From: Candidatus Zixiibacteriota bacterium
Lineage (GTDB): Bacteria; Zixibacteria; MSB-5A5; GN15; FEB-12
Assembly: GCA_041742355.1 (NCBI GenBank)
Contig: JBGSIV010000150.1
Location: 1 to 29,012, forward strand
Reading direction: 5' to 3'
Length of the DNA stretch: 29,012 nucleotides
Shown here piece by piece: positions 19,501-26,712 of the stretch. How positions within the stretch are numbered: the first letter of the stretch is position 1; every line of letters begins with the position of its first letter. The translations under genes and the position numbers were made by a program. The notes beneath the pieces are model-generated. The model saw nothing but the letters and a program-made list of their open reading frames with translations. It was not told the origin of the DNA and ran no database searches.

Positions 19501-20788
19501 CGACTCGCTGCGCTTCTACAAATTCATGCCGCCGGTTACCAGCTTCAGCGTTGCGCAGGATGAGTTCCGACCGTTCGAGAAGACAATCTATATCCCAAAC
19601 ATGTGCGACCATGCCTACGCCTTGCGGGCCGCGTTCGCCCGTTATGGATTGACCGCCGAGGTCCTCGATGAACCGGATGAGCTGACGCTCGAGTACGGCA
19701 AGAAGTTCACCTCGGGCAAAGAGTGTTTCCCCTGTGTCATCACGACCGGGGATCTGATCAAGAAGATCCGCACCGAAAACTTTGACCGCAAGCGGGCGGT
19801 CTTCTTCATGCCAGGGGCGACCGGCCCCTGCCGGTTCGGCCTGTACTCGCCGTTTCACCGGATGATCCTCGATGACCTCGGTTACTCCGATGTCCCGATA
19901 TTCTCGCCCAACTCCTCCGACGGCTACGATCGGGGCTTCGGCCTGGGCGGCACCGACTTCCGCCAGGTAACCTGGAAGGCGTTCGTTTTTGTCGATGGCA
20001 TCCAGAAGCTCCTCCTGCGGACCCGCCCCTATGAGCGGGACAAGGGAGAGGCCGAAAAGCTGTACTTCCGCTACCTCGCCCGCATGGACCACGCGGTCGC
20101 GCACCATGAGTCGCTGGAGGAACTGGCCGCGCAGGCGGGCCGGGATTTCAGCGCACTCCGTTCGGAGGCTCCCGATCTGCCGCTCGTCGGAGTGGTCGGT
20201 GAGATCTACCTCCGGAACAACCGGTTCTCGAACAACCACCTGGTGCAGAAGCTCGAGCAGCAGGGCCTGGAGGTGCGTATCGCCACCTTCTCCGAGTGGC
20301 CGCTGTACACGTCCTACACCTTCCGGCGTGATTCCTGGCTCCGACGGGACTGGGGCAATACGCTCCGGAGCAACCTGCAGATCTTCTCCCAGGAGCACAT
20401 GGAGCACAAACTGCTCGATGCTTTCCGGCGGACCTTTGATTTCCCCGAAGACCTGCCGGTCAACAGGGTCATGAAACTCGCGAGCACCTATATATCCGTG
20501 GATATCAAGGGGGAGGCAATCCTGTCCATCGGCAAGTCGATCGAACTCGTTCAGGCAGGGGCCTCGGGAGTCGTCAACGCCATGCCGTTCAACTGCATGC
20601 CCGGCACAATCGTATCCTCACTCTCGAGGAAGATCTCAGAGGACCTCGGCCGCGTCCCCTGGCTCAATATCAGCTATGAAGGCCTCCGCGATTCGGGGGA
20701 GGAGACCCGCCTCGAGGCTTTTGCCGAACAGGTCCGGGCGTTCGCCCGAAGCGCCCCGGACACAAGCGAACCGGTCCGGGACAGGTGA
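16586..20788 (+). CDS. Fused acyl-CoA dehydratase activase/reductase (two ASKHA activase domains and two DUF2229-type Fe-S domains), PlsA-PlsR/Ger-like
   Basis: Two copies of GIDxGS...E[MI]GG[EQ]DSK...MNxxCAAGTGSFL...RC[ST]VFxxSD; CEDCSNQC...C linker; ETCFP, ICPY, FGCGPD; KECFPC, GPCRFG, PFNCMPG. Confidence 0.88.
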   Translation: MGIPTALGIDIGSVSVKVVLVENGAVVRSSYERFRGGPFETLQRLLNEEYKGLDSQPIALGLTGIGGKTAQSILRGKFYGEIAAIAAGNFHLLPHVRTVIEMGGEDSKLLILDGVRRTVDDFAMNAQCAAGTGSFLDQQAARLRISIEDEFGQLALKSVRPPRIAGRCSVFAKSDMIHLQQVATPDYDIVAGLCFAVARNFKSSIARGKRFDPPVAFEGGVAANPGMIRAFTEILELPPRALIIPDHHKVMGALGAALLAAADHEAACDFQADRIAAYLEYREVTESSRPALVFGAPESKFYDVTRAARPTDIDGLEVYLGIDVGSLSTNVVLIDRDHRVIARRYLMTEGRPIEAVRRGIEEVGAEVGNRVIVKAVGTTGSGRYLIGDFVGADVVRNEITAQATAAVNIDPTVDTIFEIGGQDSKYIAIDDRAVIDFEMNKACAAGTGSFLQEQAEKLDINIEAEFGERALCAKCPVGCGERCTVFMESDLVAHQRTGVPKDDLLAGLAYSIASNYLTKVVGDRRIGKNIFFQGGVAWNQAVVAAFESLVGQTITVPPHHDVTGAIGAAILAAERLDEPGFRTGFKGFDLHKRRYDIDSFACEDCSNQCEIHKVAIEGEEPLYYGARCEKYDLERHDRAELPPDHFTARQKFLFKRWIDIPQAKASRGRIGLPLVLHFYEYYPFWRAFFESAGFTVVRSGATTAAITSQALELFSAETCFPIKLVYGHVQTLLNRKVDYIFLPSLIKVAGPEETDSEGAFICPYVQSVGSQIQGRFDFAAEGVRFVSTPVSLSDSIDALRQKLKALAKEFGLSDREFNAALDQGLKAYRSYREAVREAGRTALAELGDDEKVLVVVSRPYNGFDRRLSLELPEKIRNLGFKAIPLDYLPLEDEGTEFPYMYWSYGRKIMQAADYIRRQPNLFAVYISSFGCGPDSFITHFFRKQMIGKPHLQLELDEHSADAGMITRCEAFVDSLRFYKFMPPVTSFSVAQDEFRPFEKTIYIPNMCDHAYALRAAFARYGLTAEVLDEPDELTLEYGKKFTSGKECFPCVITTGDLIKKIRTENFDRKRAVFFMPGATGPCRFGLYSPFHRMILDDLGYSDVPIFSPNSSDGYDRGFGLGGTDFRQVTWKAFVFVDGIQKLLLRTRPYERDKGEAEKLYFRYLARMDHAVAHHESLEELAAQAGRDFSALRSEAPDLPLVGVVGEIYLRNNRFSNNHLVQKLEQQGLEVRIATFSEWPLYTSYTFRRDSWLRRDWGNTLRSNLQIFSQEHMEHKLLDAFRRTFDFPEDLPVNRVMKLASTYISVDIKGEAILSIGKSIELVQAGASGVVNAMPFNCMPGTIVSSLSRKISEDLGRVPWLNISYEGLRDSGEETRLEAFAEQVRAFARSAPDTSEPVRDR

Positions 20789-20945
20789 CACCCACGAACC
20801 CGATTTCCCCACATTTCACTTGGCCGGATGGGTCCGATCTCCTATCATTGTAGTCCACGGAAGGATCCTGTCGCGGAACCGACCAGGCAAAGCCGTGTTA
20901 CATGAGAGACTATTTTGAACTTCTACAATACGGAGGATATACATC

Positions 20946-21272
20946 ATGACCAAGCCGATTACGGTGACGGATGATTCATTCGAGCGCGAAGTGATCCAGT
21001 CCGACAAGCCGGTCATCGTCGACTTCTGGGCCACCTGGTGTGGGCCGTGCAAAATGATCGCCCCGATCCTCGAGGAAATGGCCAACGAGTACTCCGACCG
21101 GGTCAAGATCGCCAAGATTGACGTGGACTCCAACAACCAGGTCGCCGCGAAATTCGGCATCATGTCGATTCCATCGCTCCTGTTCTTCAAGAACGGCGAG
21201 GAGGTTGACCGCGTGGTCGGTGCGGTGCCTAAGTCGCAGCTGTCCCAGCGGCTGGACAAGGTTTTGGCGTAA
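20946..21272 (+). CDS. trxA: Thioredoxin
   Basis: 108 aa; VDFWATWCGPCKMIAP and SIP cis-Pro; GGAGGA RBS at 20932-20937. Confidence 0.97.
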   Translation: MTKPITVTDDSFEREVIQSDKPVIVDFWATWCGPCKMIAPILEEMANEYSDRVKIAKIDVDSNNQVAAKFGIMSIPSLLFFKNGEEVDRVVGAVPKSQLSQRLDKVLA

Positions 21273-21294
21273 CCAGGGAGCCCCCGAGTAACCC

Positions 21295-21323
21295 AACGCC
21301 GGCAGCACGCTGCCGGCGTTTTT
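21295..21323 (+). terminator. Intrinsic terminator after trxA
   Basis: AACGCCGGCAG-CACG-CTGCCGGCGTT followed by TTT. Confidence 0.85.
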
Positions 21324-21444
21324 GCGTGGAGCGCAGACCGGACACCGATGGAACTTTTGTTCCGACCGGCCGATTTAAGGTGAGAGAGCAATATGTGGCG
21401 GACTGGACAATGTTCTTGATTTTCCCGGAGGTTGCCGTTTAGAT

Positions 21445-21663
21445 ATGGATTGGTATGACATCGTGTTTCTGGCAGCGTTTCTGGTTATCTGGCTGGTACT
21501 CATCACCAGGGTCCTGCCCAAGTACGGCGGCGGCTGAATGGCCGGTCGCTGTGATATAAATCTTCCGGGCGAAGATAAGAAGAAAGAAGATCTGCAGGGT
21601 TCAACCGAGCGGCGGGAAATCGAGAATAAACCGACCGATCGGTCGGATACGGATATCACGTGA
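21445..21663 (+). CDS. Candidate small single-TM selenoprotein (72 aa, UGA at codon 31, U-x4-C motif); 30-aa membrane peptide if UGA is a stop
   Basis: ATG 21445 is the first ATG after an in-frame TAA at 21376; GGAGG at 21427-21431. Reads MDWYDIVFLAAFLVIWLVLITRVLPKYGGG, TGA (21535-21537), MAGRCDINLPGEDKKKEDLQGSTERREIENKPTDRSDTDIT, TGA (21661-21663). It fills the otherwise empty trxA-rhomboid gap. Confidence 0.7.
21560..21576 (+). promoter_or_regulatory. Putative bacterial SECIS-like hairpin
   Basis: ATCTTC-CGGGC-GAAGAT: perfect 6-bp stem, G-rich loop with G at position 2, loop starting 29 nt 3' of the UGA. Confidence 0.45.
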
Positions 21664-21692
21664 GGCGGTCCCAGTACCGATACTGATTATTG

Positions 21693-22517
21693 ATGAGGTA
21701 CAACCAGACTTATGACCAGCCGCGCGGCGGCATGAGCTTCGGCCCTGGGGGCCTTTCCCCCTGGATCAAGTGGATGCTCATTGCCAATGGCGGTATGTTC
21801 GTCGCGCAGTTGCTCTACCCGACCATCACGGGCTACCTGGGCCTGGCGCCGGGCCGCTTCTTTTCCGATTTCCCCAATTGGCTCTATACGCCGTTCACTT
21901 ACATGTTCCTCCACGGCGGCTTCCTCCACCTGGCGTTCAACATGTTTGCCCTGTGGATGTTCGGCACCGAAATCGAGTTCACCTGGGGAACGAAACCGTT
22001 CCGCCTCTTCTATCTCCTCGCCGGCTTGTCCGGTGGGTTGCTTACGCTTATAGTCAATCCGGGGGACGCTACGATTACCGTCGGCGCGTCAGCCGCCATT
22101 TACGGCGTGCTCGTCTCCTACTGGTTCATGTTCCCCAATCGCATGCTCTACATATACTTCCTCATCCCGGTCAAGGTCAAGTACGCCATCCCCGGCATGA
22201 TGATCCTGGTATTCCTAACCGGCGGCGCCACCATCGCCCACATGGCCCACCTCGGCGGCGCCCTCTTCGCCGTCCTCTATATGAAGTTCGACTGGCAATG
22301 GCTGCGCTTCGGTCGGACAATAAAAAACTTGCGTTATCGCCGGAAAGAAGCCAAGCTTCAGAAGAACCGGGAACGAGCTGAAGACATCATGAAGCGGGTC
22401 GATGCCATCCTCGACCGCATCAATGAAGTCGGCATCGACAACCTGACACCGGCGGAGCGAAAGTTTCTGGAGGAGGCATCGTCCAAGCTTTCCAGCAAAT
22501 CCGGGGAAGACAGTTAG
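21693..22517 (+). CDS. Rhomboid intramembrane serine protease with C-terminal DUF6576-like helical domain
   Basis: FTYMFLHGGFLHLAFNM, catalytic GAS (VGASAAIYG) and AHMAHLGGA; tail VDAILDRINEVGIDNLTPAERKFL. Start ATG 21693 or TTG 21690. Confidence 0.93.
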   Translation: MRYNQTYDQPRGGMSFGPGGLSPWIKWMLIANGGMFVAQLLYPTITGYLGLAPGRFFSDFPNWLYTPFTYMFLHGGFLHLAFNMFALWMFGTEIEFTWGTKPFRLFYLLAGLSGGLLTLIVNPGDATITVGASAAIYGVLVSYWFMFPNRMLYIYFLIPVKVKYAIPGMMILVFLTGGATIAHMAHLGGALFAVLYMKFDWQWLRFGRTIKNLRYRRKEAKLQKNRERAEDIMKRVDAILDRINEVGIDNLTPAERKFLEEASSKLSSKSGEDS

Positions 22518-22522
22518 AAACC

Positions 22523-23725
22523 ATGCGCAGAAAGATACTCCTCGCCGAACAATCCGAAGCCACCCGACGGGTCGCCGACACTATCCTCCGCCAGCAGGGA
22601 TTTGAAGTTGTCGCGGTCGCCGACGGCGCTGCGGCGGTCGATTTTATCTCCAACGGCCGCCCCGACCTCGTTCTGGTCGGCTGCGAGCTGTCCTACCGCG
22701 ATCAGCCGGTCTACCAGCTGGCTCAGCAGATGATCACCGGCGACGACCGCCCCATCCTCGTTTTCACCAATATCGGCAAAACCATCGACGGAGTGCCGCC
22801 GGAACTGACCATCCCCCGCCCTTTTGACCCCCGCGACTTCCTAGAGAAGGTCACCGCCGCAATCGGGCGGCATGTCGGCGCCAGGCCCGCCGCCGACATC
22901 GACACCCCCCTCGGATCGGTCGACGATGACCTGCTCGATGCCGCGCTGGGGTTGGGCACCACCGGGTCCATCCGCGTCACCGAGTCGGAGGTCATGAACG
23001 GCACCCGCAAGCTTCGGACGCCGTCATCCGGACACGACGACGACCTGGATCGCACCGGGCGGATCGAGTCGATTGTCATCGCCGACGATCAGACCGATAT
23101 CCGCCTTCCCGACACAACGAAAGTCAAGCGCCCCGCCGCCGAGGCACCCGATACAGGCAATCTGGATATCCTCGGCGACCAGTACGGTCTCTCGGATCCG
23201 GCGGCCTTCCGCCAGCAGCAGAGTGCAGAGGACCTGACCCACGACTACCACTGGTTTGTCAGCGAGATGCAGAAAGAAGCCGACCATTCGCCGACCGGAC
23301 CTGCCCAGTCGGGTCGGGCCGCGGCAGGAAACTCACCCGACGAACTCGTGTTCACGGAACCGTCTTCCACGCTCGAACCCTTCAATCCGAAAGGGCACAT
23401 CGATCCTCCAGCACAGAAGAAGGACACCGGCGGGGTGGAGAAATTCATTGATGAGTTCAAACGGGAGGTCGAGAAGTTCCATGCCGATGAACCGGAGAGC
23501 CTGACCGTGCACGAAGAACCGCCCAAACCGGCCGACAACGCGAAGTGGGAAGAGATGGTCGAGAGCATCACGCCGGAGCGGGTGACCCTGTTCACCCGGC
23601 AACTGGCCTCCGAACTGGCCGAACGGATCGCCGAAAAAATAGTCGACAAGCTCGACTCCGACAAGCTGGCCGGCCTGATCAAAGCCGAGATCTTGGCCCA
23701 GCTGCGGACCAAAAAGAATCTCTGA
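22523..23725 (+). CDS. Atypical (pseudo-)receiver protein with acidic disordered linker and helical C-terminus
   Basis: KILLAEQS...GFEVVAVADG...RPDLVLVG...RPFD; the phospho-acceptor Asp position holds Gly; 5 nt after the rhomboid stop. Confidence 0.75.
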   Translation: MRRKILLAEQSEATRRVADTILRQQGFEVVAVADGAAAVDFISNGRPDLVLVGCELSYRDQPVYQLAQQMITGDDRPILVFTNIGKTIDGVPPELTIPRPFDPRDFLEKVTAAIGRHVGARPAADIDTPLGSVDDDLLDAALGLGTTGSIRVTESEVMNGTRKLRTPSSGHDDDLDRTGRIESIVIADDQTDIRLPDTTKVKRPAAEAPDTGNLDILGDQYGLSDPAAFRQQQSAEDLTHDYHWFVSEMQKEADHSPTGPAQSGRAAAGNSPDELVFTEPSSTLEPFNPKGHIDPPAQKKDTGGVEKFIDEFKREVEKFHADEPESLTVHEEPPKPADNAKWEEMVESITPERVTLFTRQLASELAERIAEKIVDKLDSDKLAGLIKAEILAQLRTKKNL

Positions 23726-23807
23726 TCGTACAAAGCTATGTGCCGGCGTCCGGCGAAATTGGACGTCACCGATCAACCGAATTCTCAGCCAGGGGAAGGC
23801 CACCGCC

Positions 23808-25772
23808 ATGATGGGACCATTCCAGCGCCACTTGTTCACGCTCATGCTGCTCTGTGCGTTTGCATTTTCCTTCGCTACCACTTTCGCCCAATCTGGTCAG
23901 TTCGACCTCGGCGACGCCGGTTTCGATGAAGTCGACATCGCTGTCACCGCCTCACTCGCGTCCGCTGTTGTCGCGCCGGGGCAGTCCTATCCCGCAACGG
24001 TGGTGATCGACATCGCCCACCCCTGGCACATCAACTCCGCCCAGCCCCGCGATGCCTTCCTGATCCCCTGCAAAGTCGAATTTGATGCGGCCCCGGGCCT
24101 CATCCCGCGTGACCCCCAGTACCCGCTGGGGGAGAAGCTCTTCCTTGCCGTCGATACGATGGTCGTTTACAGCGGAAAAACCGTCATCCCGTTTACTCTG
24201 GCGGTCAAACCCGATGCGACGCCCGGCCAGGTCACCCTGCCCATCAAAGTTACCTACCAGCCCTGCAACAGCACCGAATGCCGCGCGCCGAAAACCGTCA
24301 CAGTACAGCTGTCTTTCACAATCGGCGGGGCGGATGTCATGGCGGGGGCTCAGCCGCTTGACCAGAGCACGCAACCTGCCGCCACGACCGGTGACAACCC
24401 CCCGGCCGTTCCCGCCGTCAGCACCACCATCGAACCGGTCGCCGGCCAAACCGCCACCCCCACCCTCGCGACCGAAGATGAGAGCGACCTCGCCCGGTTG
24501 ATCCGGGAGCACGGATTCTGGGGATATTTCCTCGCGCTCGGCCTGGCCTTCGTCACCGGCCTGCTGCTGTCGTTCTCGCCCTGCACCTATCCTATGGTCC
24601 CGATTACCGTCAGCATCTTCGCCGGCCGTCAGCGCTCGATCGGCAAGGGCTTTTCCCTGTCGCTGGTGTACGTCGTTTCGATGGCCGTGGTCTACGGTCT
24701 GATGGGGCTCATCGTCTCACTCGTCGGGGGCGTCTTCGGCGCCTGGCTGGCCAGCCCCCCGGTCGTGATCGCGATCGTCATCATCTTCGTCGTGTTCGCG
24801 CTCTCCATGTTTGGCCTCTACGAACTCCAGGTCCCGATGTCCCTGCGCAGCAAACTCGGCCGGGGCGCGCAGGGGGGAGGCGTCTTCAGCGTGGTCCTGC
24901 TCGGAATTGTCGCCGCGCTCGTAGTCTCACCGTGCGTCGGCCCGTTCGTCGCCGGGATCCTCATCTATGTCGCGGCCAGCGGCTCACCGGCCATCGGCTT
25001 TCTCGTCCTGTTCATCTTCGCCCTGGGACTGGGGACGCTCTACGTCCTGATCGGGACATTCTCCTCCGCAATCAACAAACTCCCCGGTTCGGGCGAGTGG
25101 ATGGAGTCGGTCAAAAAATTCTTCGGATTCGTGCTCCTGCTCATGGCGCTGTACTTCGTCCGGACCCTGATCGAACCCTGGCTGGCCGCCCTCTTGACCG
25201 GCCTGCTCCTCGTCGCTTTCGGCGTCTTCGGCGGCGGGCTCGACCGCCTCACCCCGCGCTCCGCGTTCTTCCCGCGCCTCAAGAAGTTCCTCGGGGTCTT
25301 GGCCCTCATTATCGGGATTTACCTCCTCGCCGGTGTGCTCTTCACCCAGGGGCTCATCCTCCCGGCCGCCGCGCAGTGGTTCCCCTCCATCGGCGGATCG
25401 ACAGCGCCGGCTAAACACCTGATCTCCTGGGAAACCGAACTCGAACAGGGGCTCGCCCGCGCGCAACGGGAAGGGAAGCCGGTCGTTATCGACACCTGGG
25501 CCACCTGGTGCGCCAATTGCCGGGTGCTGGAGAAAGAAACGTTCGGCAATCCCGAGGTCGCGGCGAAAATCTCCGAGCGGTTCGTCCCGATCAAAGTCCA
25601 GCTCGAAAACGCCGACACGGAAATCACGCGCGGCTTCATGACCCGCTTTGGCATGAGCCACTATTCCCTCCCGACCACGCTCCTGCTCGATTCGCGTGGA
25701 GACGTCACCCGCGTCCTGCGCGGCGTCATCGAGCCGTCCAAAATGATCGACGAACTGAACCGGGTTTCGTAG
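23808..25772 (+). CDS. dsbD: Thiol:disulfide interchange protein DsbD (alpha, beta and gamma domains)
   Basis: Signal peptide; alpha domain WHINS...YQPCNSTEC; TM domain SPCTYPMVP, VSPCVGP, GEWMESVK; thioredoxin-like domain WATWCANC. Confidence 0.9.
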   Translation: MMGPFQRHLFTLMLLCAFAFSFATTFAQSGQFDLGDAGFDEVDIAVTASLASAVVAPGQSYPATVVIDIAHPWHINSAQPRDAFLIPCKVEFDAAPGLIPRDPQYPLGEKLFLAVDTMVVYSGKTVIPFTLAVKPDATPGQVTLPIKVTYQPCNSTECRAPKTVTVQLSFTIGGADVMAGAQPLDQSTQPAATTGDNPPAVPAVSTTIEPVAGQTATPTLATEDESDLARLIREHGFWGYFLALGLAFVTGLLLSFSPCTYPMVPITVSIFAGRQRSIGKGFSLSLVYVVSMAVVYGLMGLIVSLVGGVFGAWLASPPVVIAIVIIFVVFALSMFGLYELQVPMSLRSKLGRGAQGGGVFSVVLLGIVAALVVSPCVGPFVAGILIYVAASGSPAIGFLVLFIFALGLGTLYVLIGTFSSAINKLPGSGEWMESVKKFFGFVLLLMALYFVRTLIEPWLAALLTGLLLVAFGVFGGGLDRLTPRSAFFPRLKKFLGVLALIIGIYLLAGVLFTQGLILPAAAQWFPSIGGSTAPAKHLISWETELEQGLARAQREGKPVVIDTWATWCANCRVLEKETFGNPEVAAKISERFVPIKVQLENADTEITRGFMTRFGMSHYSLPTTLLLDSRGDVTRVLRGVIEPSKMIDELNRVS

Positions 25773-25899
25773 CGCTGCCGCGTTGTCGCGCAGTACATAA
25801 TCCCTCAATCTCCCCAAACCTGATCGTCCGCCTGTCAAGGATTTCTTTCCGCCGTCTTCTTCGCGCGGATTTTTCCGGCAAATTATCCGGCGAGTAACC

Positions 25900-25929
25900 T
25901 TGACGCCGCCGAATCCGGGCATATATATT
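25900..25929 (+). promoter_or_regulatory. Sigma70-like promoter
   Basis: TTGACG (25900-25905) and TATATT (25924-25929) with 18-nt spacer, or TATATA with 16-nt spacer. Confidence 0.55.
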
Positions 25930-25965
25930 CCTGCGTGTACTGGAACTCCAAGTCTTAAGGGATAT

Positions 25966-26709
25966 ATGTCGCGCACTAAGAAAAACGACTCGGTCATTGC
26001 GATCTGCATACAGGAGCCGACCGAAGACGGTTCATCCATGGAGTTCGGCGCCATCCAGGGCGATTCCGTGCGGTTTCTGCACCAGGCGTTTATCACCGAC
26101 ACCATTACCCACGCCCTCGATGCCGACGCTGATGTCTGGCTGTTCTACGCCGACATCCCCGAACGCGAGCGGCTGGTGGGGATTATTACCGAGTATCTGA
26201 AAAAGAAAACCACCGGCAAGCGGGCAACCGCGCTGAAAAACAATTTCAAGTCGATCAAGCTCCCGGACGAACGCTGGGGCCTGCGCATCGAACAAGTCTT
26301 CAAGGACGCCTTCGCCGGCGAATACAATCATGTCCTGGTGATCGGCAGCCGCACGCCGACTGTGAAGACCGACCAGATGAACCGCGCCCTGCGCATGCTG
26401 CGCGAGTCGGACGCCGTGTTCGGCCCGACCCCCGAGGGCCGCTACTACGTGATCGGCATGTCCGGCGAGTATCGCGTCAAGCTCTCCGAGTACGACTGGA
26501 AATCGCCGTCGATCTACCACGATGTCTCCGAGGCCTTCACCGCCCAGGGCTTGCGCTGGGCCGAGCTCGAAATCTGGTACTGCGTGGAAGACGCCGATCA
26601 GCTCGAACTGATGGTTCGGGACATCAACCAGTTCCGCTTCGAAGGCGACGAATCCACCGCCCGCGAAACCGAACTGGTCATCGAACGCCTGCTCTCGCGG
26701 ATGGAGTAG
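25966..26709 (+). CDS. DUF2064 / TIGR04282 (CofC-like) family protein, degenerate
   Basis: AFITDT, WGLRIEQVF, VLVIGSRTP, DAVFGPTPEGRYYVIGM, WYCVE. Start moved to ATG 25966 (AAGGGA RBS) because the track's TTG start is the -35 box. Confidence 0.75.
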   Translation: MSRTKKNDSVIAICIQEPTEDGSSMEFGAIQGDSVRFLHQAFITDTITHALDADADVWLFYADIPERERLVGIITEYLKKKTTGKRATALKNNFKSIKLPDERWGLRIEQVFKDAFAGEYNHVLVIGSRTPTVKTDQMNRALRMLRESDAVFGPTPEGRYYVIGMSGEYRVKLSEYDWKSPSIYHDVSEAFTAQGLRWAELEIWYCVEDADQLELMVRDINQFRFEGDESTARETELVIERLLSRME

Positions 26710-26712
26710 CCC

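Noticed and set aside
18893..20407. 504-aa antisense ORF, plus other long overlapping ORFs (8986..10131, 10411..11445, 18007..19263, 24984..26105)
   Set aside because: They overlap well-supported genes and show low-complexity Arg/Gly/Ala composition typical of GC-rich off-frames.
21375..21659. 94-aa minus-strand ORF in the trxA-rhomboid gap
   Set aside because: Ser/Arg/Pro-rich with no RBS; better explained as the antisense of the plus-strand TM/UGA ORF.
21538..21663. Independent 41-aa ORF starting at the ATG right after the UGA
   Set aside because: Cannot be excluded (re-initiation), but it has no RBS and would be a featureless charged peptide; read-through is the more coherent reading.
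25834..25905. Inverted pair GTCAAGG...CCTTGAC as IS ends or an antisense promoter into dsbD
   Set aside because: Only 7 bp, no transposase or target duplication, and the minus-strand TTGACA has no -10 at proper spacing.
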